Below, one piece after another: positions 1 through 9,877 of a stretch of 64,000 nucleotides of DNA. The translations under genes were made by a program, and so were the position numbers. The DNA is taken from the NCBI GenBank assembly GCA_965237525.1, contig CBDEFO010000006.1, forward strand, positions 32,001 to 96,000, written 5' to 3'. The notes below the pieces were generated by a model. It was not told where the DNA came from. It made no database searches and saw nothing but the letters and a program-made list of their open reading frames with translations. Every line of letters begins with the position of its first letter. The stretch's first letter is position 1. This stretch comes from Candidatus Latescibacterota bacterium. Its GTDB lineage: Bacteria; Latescibacterota; CBDEFO01.

Positions 1-211
1 AAGTCTCTTGGGAGGGGCTGTCGCCACTGAGACCGTCTTTGCATGGCCCGGGCTTGGGAGGGCGGCTGTGGATGCCATCAGGATGAGGGACCTGCCTGTA
101 GTCGAAGGCGTGGTCATATTTCTGGCCTTTGTCTTTGTTATGGTGAATCTGATTGTGGATCTTTCTTACGCTTATTTAGATCCGAGGATCTCGTATGATC
201 AAAAAGACTGA
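1..211 (+). CDS. oppB: Oligopeptide/dipeptide ABC transporter permease, C-terminal part (runs off window)
   Basis: ETVFAWPGLG...RDLPVV...DLSYAYLDPRI is the typical OppB/DppB C-terminus; overlaps the next permease. Confidence 0.9.
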   Translation, partial: SLLGGAVATETVFAWPGLGRAAVDAIRMRDLPVVEGVVIFLAFVFVMVNLIVDLSYAYLDPRISYDQKD

Positions 212-1073
212 CTCTTTCATATCTTTAGTGTGGAGACAGTTTAAAAAAAGCACGATGGCGCTGGTGGGGCTTGCAATTGTTATGGGGTTGATCTTGATGG
301 GCGCATTGGCTCCAATCCTTGCCCCTTACGATCCTTATCCGGACTCTGATATATGGGAAACTGATATATCCAACATCGTGGCTCCTCCAAGCCTTCAGCA
401 TCCGTTCGGGACAGACGACCTGGGAAGAGACATATTCAGCAGGATCATATACGGCTCAAGAATTTCGCTTCAGGTCGGATTTATAGCCATGCTGATCTCC
501 GTGTGGATAGGCGTAGTCCTTGGAACTGCAGCGGGATACTACGGCGGATGGATAGATAATCTTATCATGAGGATCACGGACATATTTTTTGCGATGCCTG
601 CTCCGCTTCTTGTGATCGCGGTGATGGCGATCTTCGAAAATCCGTCTGTGGACAAAATTTTCTTCGTGTTGGGGTTCATAGGTTGGACCGGGATAGCGCG
701 GCTGGTAAGAGCCAAAATACTGTCCGTCAGACAGGAGGAGTACACTCAGGCCGCAAGGGCGCTGGGTGCCAGGACGTGGAGGATCATATTAAGGCACGTC
801 TTACCGAACGCTATGGCCCCTCTTATCGTAGCGGCGACCATACGGGTGGCAGGCAACATACTTACGGAGGCCTGGTTGAGCTTTTTAGGATTAGGGGCTC
901 AGCCGCCTATCCCCAGTTGGGGGACTATGGTAACCGAAGGGCAGAGGTATCTTACCACCCAACCCTGGGTGTGCGTCTTTCCGGGTCTTGCGATATTTAC
1001 GGTCGTATTGGGATTCAATCTGTTCGGGGACGGATTGAGAGACGCCCTTGACCCGAAATTAAATAGACAGTAG
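195..1073 (+). CDS. oppC: Oligopeptide ABC transporter permease
   Basis: HPFGTDDLGRDIFSR, EAA loop (EYTQAARALGA), GDGLRDALDP. Confidence 0.93.
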   Translation: MIKKTDSFISLVWRQFKKSTMALVGLAIVMGLILMGALAPILAPYDPYPDSDIWETDISNIVAPPSLQHPFGTDDLGRDIFSRIIYGSRISLQVGFIAMLISVWIGVVLGTAAGYYGGWIDNLIMRITDIFFAMPAPLLVIAVMAIFENPSVDKIFFVLGFIGWTGIARLVRAKILSVRQEEYTQAARALGARTWRIILRHVLPNAMAPLIVAATIRVAGNILTEAWLSFLGLGAQPPIPSWGTMVTEGQRYLTTQPWVCVFPGLAIFTVVLGFNLFGDGLRDALDPKLNRQ

Positions 1074-1290
1074 AACAGACATTCTGTCTGGTTAGACGGT
1101 GGACAGGGGCACTGCCTCCCTTCCCTTGTCCCCGATAGCCCCCGATTGAATATATCGGGGGTAGACAGGGAAAGCCAGGGGCAGACACGCGGGTCTGCTG
1201 ACCCCCCTTTAAGTCCCCCCTTATTAGGGGGCTGCATGTAGGGGCGAACTCTGCTCGCCCTTTGGGCGCACCCATTGTGTTCGCCCTCAG
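1062..1290. repeat. Cluster of REP-like palindromic repeats
   Basis: GTAGACAG units, CCCCCGATTGAATATATCGGGGG palindrome, GGGCAGACACGCGGGTCTGC and GTAGGGGCGAAC..TCGCCC hairpins that recur across the window. Confidence 0.85.
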
Positions 1291-1393
1291 TTGACAGGGC
1301 GTCTCTTCCCTTATTTGTGTGCTGCTACTGCTTACCCAGACCAATTTGACCCGAAACCAAATTGAAAATCTCTTCGTAATACGTGCAAAGGAC

Positions 1394-1422
1394 TTGACAG
1401 AGCGTGCGGTAAATGTTATTTT
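1394..1422 (+). promoter_or_regulatory. Putative sigma70 promoter of the Rieske gene
   Basis: TTGACA-17 nt-TATTTT. Confidence 0.5.
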
Positions 1423-1486
1423 TTAGATAGAGCCAATAATGTTAGTTGAGATAGAGCATCCAATAAAATCTAAGGAGTGAAGTTAC

Positions 1487-2233
1487 ATGGCTGAAGAGGT
1501 AAAGGATCCTGCCGAGGAACAGACAGAAAACCCAGAAAACATTAAAGAGGCCGATGCGTCTCAGGAAGGGCCCAAACCGGTCAGGCAGAAGGCTGTAAGC
1601 AAAAGGAAAACCGAAGGTGGAGGTGAAGAGGCCAAGACAGTTCCGCAAAAGGCTGTATCGAAACGGGCCGCTGATGCGGGAGCACAAGCTGAACCTGTCG
1701 GTAGAGATCCCAGGAAGACAAAGGGGGCTGGAAAGTTGGGTAAGGAAAGCCCTGCAAGCTCGCGGAGAAAGTTTATCACAAGATTGGGCTGGGGCGGCTT
1801 TGTGGCTGCAATACTGGCTGCTACCGGTAGTTTAGTTAGGGCTATGTTTCCGAGGGTGCTCTTTGAACCTTCGCCTTTGTTTAAGTCGGGCTATCCTGAG
1901 GAGTACCAGGTCGGGACCGTAAGCGACAGATGGGTCGGGCAGCACAGGGTCTGGATCGTGAGAGAAGAGGAAGGATTTTATGCCCTTTCAGCGATCTGCA
2001 CGCATTTAGGATGCACGCCCAGGTGGTTCGCCATTGAGGATAAATTCAAGTGCCCCTGTCACGGCAGCGGATTTAAAATGAGCGGCGTAAACTACGAAGG
2101 TCCTGCTCCAAGACCTCTGGAAAGGGTTAAGATAACGCTTGCACAGGACGGTCAGCTATTGGTGGACAGGAGCGTGAAGTTCCTCTACGAGAAGGGACAG
2201 TGGGATAAGCCGGGGGCTTTTCTGAAGGTGTAG
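1487..2233 (+). CDS. Rieske [2Fe-2S] protein (bc/b6f type) with charged N-terminal extension
   Basis: CTHLGC and CPCHGS motifs, GPAPRPL, twin-arginine SRRKF followed by a TM helix. Confidence 0.9.
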   Translation: MAEEVKDPAEEQTENPENIKEADASQEGPKPVRQKAVSKRKTEGGGEEAKTVPQKAVSKRAADAGAQAEPVGRDPRKTKGAGKLGKESPASSRRKFITRLGWGGFVAAILAATGSLVRAMFPRVLFEPSPLFKSGYPEEYQVGTVSDRWVGQHRVWIVREEEGFYALSAICTHLGCTPRWFAIEDKFKCPCHGSGFKMSGVNYEGPAPRPLERVKITLAQDGQLLVDRSVKFLYEKGQWDKPGAFLKV

Positions 2234-2266
2234 TATCAGTCTGGATCTACAAAATTTCGGTCGTAG

Positions 2267-2335
2267 CAAGGGGAGGCGCCAAGGATTGTGTTCTATCCAA
2301 AGACATAGCTCTGCGCTTCCCCTTTCGTTTTTCGG
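2267..2335 (+). terminator. Hairpin/terminator after Rieske gene
   Basis: AAGGGAGGCGC...GCGCTTCCCTT followed by T-rich tail, between convergent genes. Confidence 0.5.
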
Positions 2336-2354
2336 CGGGTATGAATCTGTATAA

Positions 2355-3614
2355 TCACTTGAGGAGGAGCATCCTCTTTGCATCTGTATGCTGGAAGTCT
2401 CCTGTTGCAAGGCGGTAGAAGTATATCCCGCTGGATAGAGGAAAACCGCTCTGGTCTCTTGCATCCCAGGCTATGGTGTGATAGCCGGGGTCTTGTACCT
2501 CTTTAACAAGTACGGCTACGGTCTGACCCACCTGATTGTAGATAGTCATAGTTACGTCTGCAGTTTGAGGGAGAGTGTAGGCTATCAGAGTGTTTTCGTT
2601 GAAAGGGTTGGGATAATTTTGATGGAGGGCAAAAGCTTCAGGAAAGTTCTCTTCATCCTGATCTTGAAGCACAGCAGTAATCACCTCTATTCCGGCTGTG
2701 GAGGTTAAGACCCCGAGCGCCACCTGGGTAAGCTCCCCAAAAAGGGAAAACTGTACAGTCCCTATCAGATCAGTGTTTAAATGAATATTGGGATTTGCTA
2801 GGGGATTGGCCTCAGAAAGAGCAATGGCTCTGTAGCCGGCATCTATAAAAGGCTGATGATCCGAGCAGTCGCACCTTACGAGCTCTATTTCCTTTTTGCT
2901 GTCCAGACTTATCGGCACAAGGTTAGTATAGTCCTTGGCTATCTGGACAGCGATCTCTGCAAATGGAAGGGACGGCTCGTCTGAAACTATGAGTATCTCC
3001 TTTGTAGAATCGGGATTGTGACCGAGCGCGTCCAGGTTGATCATCAGTTGTATATCCAGACCCTGCTCCTCAGCCACTTCGACAAAGTGCCTGCTTCCCA
3101 ATAGACCTAATTCTTCGACTGCAAAGAGTACGAAATAGACAGTAGCCTCAAGCTCTACAGGTTGTAGTATCCTGGCTATCTCAAGCGTGGCCGATGTCCC
3201 TGTGGCGTTGTCGTCCGCTCCAGGGGCAGATAGGAGCGGATTCCCTCCCGACACTGTGACTATAGAATTGTAGTGTCCCCCTATGACAACTATCTTATCG
3301 GGGTCTTTCGTTCCCCTCTTGATCGCCACGACGTTTCTGTGCGTCTCTCCAAAAGCGCTGAACTGGTCGAATGAGACTTCCTCATACCCCAAATCCACAA
3401 ATCGGTTGAACAGCCAGTCGCTTACTGCATCTATGGAGTCTGAGAAAGCATATCTTGTCCCAAAGTCCTGCAGCCTCTGCACATCCCTTCTCAGGTTCTC
3501 AATCGAGACCTGATCTAAAAGGCTTCGAATTTGGGGATCGAAAGCGGCCTGAGAGTCGAGGGGAATGAGAAAAACAACTATCAGGAGTAAACAAGTAGAC
3601 AGTAGAACAGACAT
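2355..3614 (-). CDS. Secreted M28 family metallopeptidase with C-terminal FlgD/secretion-tail domain
   Basis: GGHYNS, PGADDNATG, VEELGLLGS, SDHQPF; C-terminal FALHQNYPNPFN...SGIYFYRL; signal peptide from ATG 3614. Confidence 0.85.
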   Translation of the reverse strand: MSVLLSTCLLLIVVFLIPLDSQAAFDPQIRSLLDQVSIENLRRDVQRLQDFGTRYAFSDSIDAVSDWLFNRFVDLGYEEVSFDQFSAFGETHRNVVAIKRGTKDPDKIVVIGGHYNSIVTVSGGNPLLSAPGADDNATGTSATLEIARILQPVELEATVYFVLFAVEELGLLGSRHFVEVAEEQGLDIQLMINLDALGHNPDSTKEILIVSDEPSLPFAEIAVQIAKDYTNLVPISLDSKKEIELVRCDCSDHQPFIDAGYRAIALSEANPLANPNIHLNTDLIGTVQFSLFGELTQVALGVLTSTAGIEVITAVLQDQDEENFPEAFALHQNYPNPFNENTLIAYTLPQTADVTMTIYNQVGQTVAVLVKEVQDPGYHTIAWDARDQSGFPLSSGIYFYRLATGDFQHTDAKRMLLLK

Positions 3615-3750
3615 TCTTGTCTGTTCAGTAGACAGGGACAGCGCCTTCCCTCTGTCTGTAGAGATGTTGCGGATTTTAAGCTTCAAAACGTAGAAATCCT
3701 CAGGTGTTGTTTAAAGGGGCGAGGTAACCTCGCTCCTACGAATGTGCCTG

Positions 3751-4377
3751 CTATTCATCTTTCAAATCGGGCGTCAGATGACAGGTATCGTTTAAGGCTA
3801 CGATTTCCCAACCGTTCGCTCCCCTTTCCACTATGTTAAGGGATGTATTGTATGTCAGGATGCGGTTGTACAAAGTTATGTCCGCCATGAGGAACTCAAC
3901 TAACATAAGTCCTATCGGCCCTCCGTGTGTGACCACGGCTATCCTTTGACCTTCATATTCATGGGCTATCTCCAAGGCCCTTCGGAACGATCTATCTCTT
4001 ACTTGGAGGAAGTTCTCTCCGTTGGGAAAGACAAAATCAAAGGGATCCTGTACATACTGTTCACATTCCTTTGGAAACTTTGATTCGGCTTCCCGCCACG
4101 TCAGTCCCTGGAAGTCTCCGAGGCATATCTCTCTGAATTCAGTGTGGAACGTTATTGGAAGTCCTGTGGCTTCAGATATAGGCTCTGCGGTCTGCCCCGT
4201 CCTCAGAAAGTCGCTCGCATGGAGAGACTCTATCCCTTCGCTCTGGATGCGTCGGGCTAAGGCTTTTGCCTGTCTATGTCCTTTCTGGCTCAAGGGATTG
4301 TGCATCTGTCCCTGTATCCTACCCTCAGCATTGAAGCCAGTCTATCCGTGCCTTATGAGGTATATCCTGGTGGGCAT
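3751..4377 (-). pseudogene. Histidine phosphatase (PGAM/CobC-like) with in-frame TAG at codon 12
   Basis: Reads MPTRIYLIRHG*TGFNAEGRIQG... continuing into the 184-aa ORF (LRTGQTA, FREI, HGG); TAG at 4342-4344. Confidence 0.8.
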
Positions 4378-4469
4378 GTTATCCGATTAAGTTTTACTCC
4401 GCATGCAGACTAAGTAGGGGCGAACCCATGTGCTCGCCCAATTTATCAGGGCAGACACGCAGGTCTGCC
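4213..4469. repeat. ~260 bp direct repeat, copy 1 (phosphatase 5' end + REP)
   Basis: Near-identical to 5581-5850. Confidence 0.9.
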
Positions 4470-4607
4470 TCAAGGCATCTTGTGTTTAGCTTCAAATAAG
4501 AATTATGGGAGGAGACCTTGCTGATAGTGCTGATAGGACACTGGATGTAGGTTAATAACCTTAATTGCAGATTTAATATAACGCTCCGAGCATTGATCAG
4601 ACCTTAA

Positions 4608-4810
4608 CCTGTATATGGAAATTTGAAGCAAAAGCTTGGATTTAGAGAATTTCTCCTAAGAGGTCTTAAAATGGTGAAAACTGAGTTCAATTTAGCGTGT
4701 ATAGCACATAACCTCCAAAAGATTTGGAGGTTAGGAGCAGCTAAAGGTTGCTAAATTATATTTTTTTCGTTAAACAATGATTTAATAATTAGATTGTGGG
4801 ACGACGTCCC
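4608..4810 (+). mobile_element. IS1182-family transposase C-terminal remnant and probable right end
   Basis: Translates PVYGNLKQKLGFREFLLRGLKMVKTEFNLACIAHNLQKIW, a typical IS1182 C-terminus. Confidence 0.7.
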
Positions 4811-4812
4811 TT

Positions 4813-4884
4813 GTTATACGTTTTTTCTGCAAGAAAAATGCCGAAGCGAAGCGCAGGCATAGTATGACGCAGGTCGGCGAAGAA
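4813..4884 (-). mobile_element. Truncated attC-like site (R'' GTATAAC) after the DUF1801-like gene
   Basis: ATGCCTGCGCTTCGCTTCGGCAT hairpin then GTATAAC; cut off by the IS1182 remnant; matching GTTATGT upstream at 5323-5317. Confidence 0.5.
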
Positions 4885-5259
4885 TTATAACCAACATCTT
4901 TTTTTGTATAAGTCATATCCGATCTTAATAGCTTTTGATATTTGTTTCTCTAGTTTCTTATCCAATGATTTGATGTGAAAGCAAGATTTTCCTTTGAGTA
5001 ATTTTGATAATTCAGGCTCGAATAGTTCTTGGAGTTTTGTTTCAGCGTAGATTGGCATGAAATAGAAACCTACATAGTTGCTTTGGATTGTCAATCCTGC
5101 AAAATACACTTCTTTTCTTTTTCTACCAGCAATTTCTACTTCTTTAAATGACCAAAGATCATATTTGCTATCTAGATCAAATTTTGGTTTCAAAGGATTT
5201 TCATATTTTTTCAATAGCTGTTTTAGTCTATTGAATATATGAATTAAATCATTCTGCAT
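4885..5259 (-). CDS. DUF1801-like small protein (low-GC cassette gene)
   Basis: YVGFYFMPIY...LLKGKSCFHIK motif; markedly AT-rich. Confidence 0.65.
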   Translation of the reverse strand: MQNDLIHIFNRLKQLLKKYENPLKPKFDLDSKYDLWSFKEVEIAGRKRKEVYFAGLTIQSNYVGFYFMPIYAETKLQELFEPELSKLLKGKSCFHIKSLDKKLEKQISKAIKIGYDLYKKRCWL

Positions 5260-5332
5260 AATACTATTGAATTAGAGAGTTATATAAATCTTGCTTTTCC
5301 GACCGAGTAATATTGCACATAACTGTATATAT

Positions 5333-5580
5333 CCGACATACCCCATATCACATTCATGAGGGATTATATATCGATACAATCTTGTTTGTGAATGAATATT
5401 ACCACTTTTACATTTTGTAACAAGCACTTTTTTCAATCAAAATAGCATTTTCCTCTAAATTATCACTTTCTTTTGATATCTGACAGGCTGTTGAGATTTT
5501 CCAACTGAGTCAGCATCTCCGTTTCGAAACACCCTATCTTGTTGGCGCTGGCCGGATGCTTGCCCTTCTTTCCGGTAATT
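5333..5580 (-). mobile_element. IS1380-family remnant (internal transposase piece joined to right end)
   Basis: Reverse complement matches ~27127-27232 and ~27560-27702 of the IS1380 element, including terminal ATATGGGG(T/A)ATGTCGG. Confidence 0.85.
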
Positions 5581-5850
5581 GCTCGCATAGAGAGACTCTA
5601 TCCCTTCGCTCTGGATGCGTCGGGCTAAGGCTTTTGCCTGTCTATGTCCTTTCTGGCTCAAGGGATTGTGCATCTGTCCCTGTATCCTACCCTCAGCATT
5701 GAAGCCAGTCTATCCGTGTCTTATGAGGTATATCCTGGTGGGCATATTATTCTATATTCCAATTAGGATTTACTCCGCATGCAGACTAAGTAGGGGCGAA
5801 CCCATGTGTTCACCCAATTTATCAGGGCAGACGCGCAGGTCTGCCCCTAC
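5581..5850 (-). pseudogene. Second, truncated copy of the phosphatase 5' end plus REP (direct repeat copy 2)
   Basis: ATG 5745, same RHG*T with TAG at 5710-5712; broken at 5581 by the IS1380 remnant. Confidence 0.85.
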
Positions 5851-5858
5851 CAAACATT

Positions 5859-8675
5859 TTATAAAAGCCCCAGTTCCTTCTTCAAAAATCTCCCCGTGTA
5901 CGATTTCTCTATCTGCGCTATCTCCTCAGGCGTCCCCTCTGCGACAATCCATCCTCCTTCGTCTCCGCCCTCAGGTCCCAGGTCTATTATGTAATCGGCA
6001 GTCTTTATCACATCTAAATTATGTTCGATCACAACGACCGTGTTGCCCTTGCCCACTAGCTTATAGAGCATGTTTAAGAGCATCTTGATGTCCTCAAAGT
6101 GAAGCCCCGTCGTGGGCTCGTCTAATATGTAGAGCGTCCTGCCGGTGCTCACCTTTGAAAGCTCGGTCGAAAGCTTGACCCTTTGGGCCTCTCCGCCCGA
6201 GAGAGTAGTCGCCTGTTGACCTAAATGTATATAGCCCAGGCCCACTTCGTACAGGGTCTGGAGCTTGCGCTTTGTCTTGGGAATATTCTGGAAGAACCCT
6301 AGCGCCTCCTCAACCGTCATATCCAGAACATCGGCTACCGATTTGCCCTTATATCTTACCTCCAATGTCTCTCTGTTGTACCGATTGCCCTTGCAGACTT
6401 CGCAGGGGATATATACATCCGGAAGAAAGTGCATCTCTATCTTCACGATCCCATCGCCTCTACAGGCTTCGCATCGCCCGCCCTTTACGTTGAAGCTGAA
6501 CCTGCCTGGCTTGTAGCCCCTCATCTTCGACTCGGGTATCTGTACAAAGAGTTCTCTTATGTACGTGAAGAGTCCCGTGTATGTGGCTGGATTCGAGCGC
6601 GGGGTCCTACCTATGGGCGATTGATCTATGTCTATGACCTTGTCTATCTCTCCCCAGTTTACGATCTTTTCGTGGCTCAACGCGGCATCCCTGGATCTGT
6701 ATATCTTCTGAGCCAGAGATCTATAGAGCGTCTCGTTGATAAGCGTGGATTTTCCTGAGCCTGAGACTCCTGTCACGCAGGTGAACGTCCCCAATGGGAT
6801 CTTGACATTTATGGATTTAAGATTATTGCCCGTTGCTTTGACGATCTCTATATATCTTCCGTTTCCGGGGCGCCTGTCTGAAGGCACCGGGATCTTCTTT
6901 GCCCCGGAGAGATATTGCCCCGTTAGCGATCCGTTCTTTGCGACCTCCGAAGGGCTGCCGAAGGTTACGACCCTCCCGCCGTCGGCCCCTGCTCTGGGTC
7001 CCATGTCGATCACGTGATCCGCCGTCAGTATGGTCTCCTTGTCGTGCTCGACGACCAGGACTGTGTTTCCGAGGTCTCGGAGGGCAAGGAGCATGTCCAG
7101 AAGCCGTCTGTTGTCCCTTTGATGCAATCCTATGCTGGGTTCATCCAGGATGTAGAGCACGCCGACTAACTGTGAGCCTATCTGCGTGGCAAGGCGAATT
7201 CTCTGAGCCTCTCCGCCTGAAAGCGTGTAGGCCCTTCTGCCAAGCGTTAGATAGTCCACGCCAACGTTGACAAGGAAGCTGAGCCTTTCTTTTATCTCTT
7301 TGATGATCTGGTGGGCGATGGCCTCTTCTCTTTTCGTGGGATTCAACTTGTCGAAGAATCTGGCTGTATCGTTGACCGACATCGAGGTAAGTTCTGCGAT
7401 ATGAAGGTCTCTGAGCGTCACAGCAAGGCTCTCCTTTTTGAGCCTTGCGCCTTTGCAGGCAGGACAGGGCTTTGTGCCCATAAAGTTCTCTATCCACCCC
7501 CGGACTTCCTGCGATTCGGTCTGCTTGTATCTCCTTTCAAGACGCGAGATGACGCCTTCAAATTTAGATTCGTACTTTCTCTCTACTCCTTCATCGTCGG
7601 TGTATGCCATCCCTATTCTTTCGTCTGTACCCCATAGTACGACGTTTTGTGCCGGCTCTGGCAGCTTGTAGAAGGGTGTTCTTAAACTGAATTTGTAGTG
7701 TCGGGAGAGGGATAAGAGGACGCCGTGGAACCACTGCATGTTGGGAACCCCCCAGCAGGCGATCGCCCCTTCCGCTATCGAAAGGTTGGGGTTAGGTATA
7801 ATAAGATCCGGGTCCATTTTCATCTGTGTCCCGAGGCCGTCGCACTCGGTGCACGCCCCATAAGGGCTGTTGAAGGAGAAGGCTCTGGGTTCTATCTCTT
7901 CGTAGCTGATCCCGCAGTCGATGCAGGCAAAGTGCTCGGAGAAGAGGAGTTCCTTTTTGTCAATCACGTCCACCATCACAATGCCCTCTCCCAGCTTTAA
8001 GGCAGTTTCGAGTGAGTCCGCAAGGCGGGAAGCGATCCTTTCCCTCACTATGAGTCTATCCACCACGACTTCTATGTTGTGGTTTTTGTACCTGTCCAGT
8101 TTTATGTCCTGATCCAATGTCATAACTTCACCGTTCACCCTGACCCTCACGTAGCCCTCTTTTCGGGCCTTCTGGAAGACCTCTTTGTATTCTCCCTTCC
8201 TCCCTCGAACCAGCGGAGCAAGTATCTGTATCTTCGTGTCCTGGGGCAGGCTTTTGATCGTATCGGCCATCTGCTGGACTGTCTGCTGTGCGATGGGCTT
8301 TTTGCAGTTGTAGCAGTGCGGGACACCGATCCTTGCAAAGAGGAGGCGCAGGTAATCGTATATCTCTGTTACGGTTCCCACCGTAGATCGTGGATTCCGA
8401 GCCGCTGTGCGCTGTTCTATCGAGATCGCTGGGGATAGTCCCTCTATATAGTCCACGTCGGGCTTTTCCATAAGCCCCAGGAATTGTCTGGCATAAGCAG
8501 ACAGAGATTCCACATATCTCCTCTGTCCCTCTGCGTAGATGGTGTCGAAGGCCAGCGAAGACTTCCCCGAGCCAGAAAGCCCCGTAATGACTACGAACTT
8601 CTCTCTGGGGATCTCCACATCTATGTTCTTGAGATTGTGCTCCCTTGCGCCCTTTACCAGAATCCTGTCTTTCAT
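5859..8675 (-). CDS. uvrA: Excinuclease ABC subunit A
   Basis: [10 protein letters not shown], two Walker A motifs Gx[14 protein letters not shown] twice, zinc fingers. Confidence 0.98.
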   Translation of the reverse strand: MKDRILVKGAREHNLKNIDVEIPREKFVVITGLSGSGKSSLAFDTIYAEGQRRYVESLSAYARQFLGLMEKPDVDYIEGLSPAISIEQRTAARNPRSTVGTVTEIYDYLRLLFARIGVPHCYNCKKPIAQQTVQQMADTIKSLPQDTKIQILAPLVRGRKGEYKEVFQKARKEGYVRVRVNGEVMTLDQDIKLDRYKNHNIEVVVDRLIVRERIASRLADSLETALKLGEGIVMVDVIDKKELLFSEHFACIDCGISYEEIEPRAFSFNSPYGACTECDGLGTQMKMDPDLIIPNPNLSIAEGAIACWGVPNMQWFHGVLLSLSRHYKFSLRTPFYKLPEPAQNVVLWGTDERIGMAYTDDEGVERKYESKFEGVISRLERRYKQTESQEVRGWIENFMGTKPCPACKGARLKKESLAVTLRDLHIAELTSMSVNDTARFFDKLNPTKREEAIAHQIIKEIKERLSFLVNVGVDYLTLGRRAYTLSGGEAQRIRLATQIGSQLVGVLYILDEPSIGLHQRDNRRLLDMLLALRDLGNTVLVVEHDKETILTADHVIDMGPRAGADGGRVVTFGSPSEVAKNGSLTGQYLSGAKKIPVPSDRRPGNGRYIEIVKATGNNLKSINVKIPLGTFTCVTGVSGSGKSTLINETLYRSLAQKIYRSRDAALSHEKIVNWGEIDKVIDIDQSPIGRTPRSNPATYTGLFTYIRELFVQIPESKMRGYKPGRFSFNVKGGRCEACRGDGIVKIEMHFLPDVYIPCEVCKGNRYNRETLEVRYKGKSVADVLDMTVEEALGFFQNIPKTKRKLQTLYEVGLGYIHLGQQATTLSGGEAQRVKLSTELSKVSTGRTLYILDEPTTGLHFEDIKMLLNMLYKLVGKGNTVVVIEHNLDVIKTADYIIDLGPEGGDEGGWIVAEGTPEEIAQIEKSYTGRFLKKELGLL

Positions 8676-9796
8676 CGCACTATCAATCCATCCCTGTCTA
8701 TCTTTACGTCGTCAAGTATATGCGCCGTCTGAACAGCGGCAAGTATAGACTCCCACAAGCTCCTGAGTTCTTCAATATTGTTATTGTTGTCCCCTAAAGC
8801 CCAGACGCATCCTCCGTCTCCGACTCCTGCCGATCCGAACCCGAACCCCAACTCCTCGGTCTCCTTCTGGAGCTTACGTCCAAAGGGCGTGATTCTATCT
8901 GAAAAGATCGAACAGCGTATTTCATTTTCCTCCCTTAAGAGTCCCGTTGCGCTCTCCCAATCTTTAGATTTCAAAGCTTCGGCAAAGTCGTGACCGATCT
9001 GATTTATTCTGAACCATTTGTCTTTTGTCTGACCGCCAAAAAAATCGAGGACATATTTTTCGTTTCCCTCCCTCGAATCGTGGATTCTTCCAAGATAGCA
9101 GAGCATGACTCTGGATTCGAGCTCCTCATAGTGATCATGATCGGTGATTATCACTTCTCTTGTGAATTTCTCACCGGATGAGGAGTAACGCCACGTCCAC
9201 CTGTTGACGCCTCCGAAGGCAGCCGCGCATTGATCCTGAAGGCCCGTGTAGCTGTAGCGCAGTCCATCTTCTATATCGTGCGCAAGCTGAGCTATAGCTC
9301 CTGAAGATAGTGGGGTCTTGCCCAAGATTTCATTTACCCTCGAAAGCGCAGCGATAACTGCAACAGCCAGCGTCCCTGATCCCCCAAGCCCACTCTTGGG
9401 CGGAGCCTGATAGGCAATCTCTATCCCCAGCCCGTGGAAGGAAAAATGGGAGACGATGGCGGATATCATCCCGAAGTGGCTGTCGAAGCGAATGTAGCTT
9501 TGAGGAAATTCTTCTGATGTCTCCACGTCCGTTATGAATATCCAGCCCGGTTTGTAGGGCCTTAATCTGACTGTGGTCCTGAGCGAAAGAGCTATATTTG
9601 TGGTGGAGGGAGATATGCTTTCGTATGGGAGAGCAAATGCCTTAAGATCCCAGGTTCCGCTTACGTCAACGCGGCACGGAGCAGAGGCCGTGATCTCTTC
9701 GTCCTTCAGAATATCGCCTATGTATGTGAGGCCTTCCACATTCGAGATCCCTAAAGGTCTGCAGGGGGCAGACGCATCTGCAGGAGGCAGACCCAT
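8672..9796 (-). CDS. GHMP family sugar kinase (HddA/galactokinase-like); true start probably downstream of the REP
   Basis: [28 protein letters not shown]. Confidence 0.8.
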   Translation of the reverse strand: MGLPPADASAPCRPLGISNVEGLTYIGDILKDEEITASAPCRVDVSGTWDLKAFALPYESISPSTTNIALSLRTTVRLRPYKPGWIFITDVETSEEFPQSYIRFDSHFGMISAIVSHFSFHGLGIEIAYQAPPKSGLGGSGTLAVAVIAALSRVNEILGKTPLSSGAIAQLAHDIEDGLRYSYTGLQDQCAAAFGGVNRWTWRYSSSGEKFTREVIITDHDHYEELESRVMLCYLGRIHDSREGNEKYVLDFFGGQTKDKWFRINQIGHDFAEALKSKDWESATGLLREENEIRCSIFSDRITPFGRKLQKETEELGFGFGSAGVGDGGCVWALGDNNNNIEELRSLWESILAAVQTAHILDDVKIDRDGLIVR

Positions 9797-9861
9797 GTGT
9801 CTGCCCTGAAAATGTGGATAAATCTGGTGAACACGCCTGTCCCCGATAGAATCAATCGGGG
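9761..9861. repeat. REP-like hairpins
   Basis: GGCAGACCCATGTGTCTGCCC and CCCCGATAGAATCAATCGGGG. Confidence 0.8.
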
Positions 9862-9877
9862 ATCTGTTCGCCTCTAC

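Noticed and set aside
4414..4440. GAAC..GTTC-like sequence within REPs as SOS boxes
   Set aside because: Spacing is N6 rather than N4, and it is part of the REP stem
9670..9796. Duplicated ASAPCR peptide at the GHMP kinase N-terminus
   Set aside because: The first copy is a translation of the REP hairpin upstream of the likely true start; coincidental
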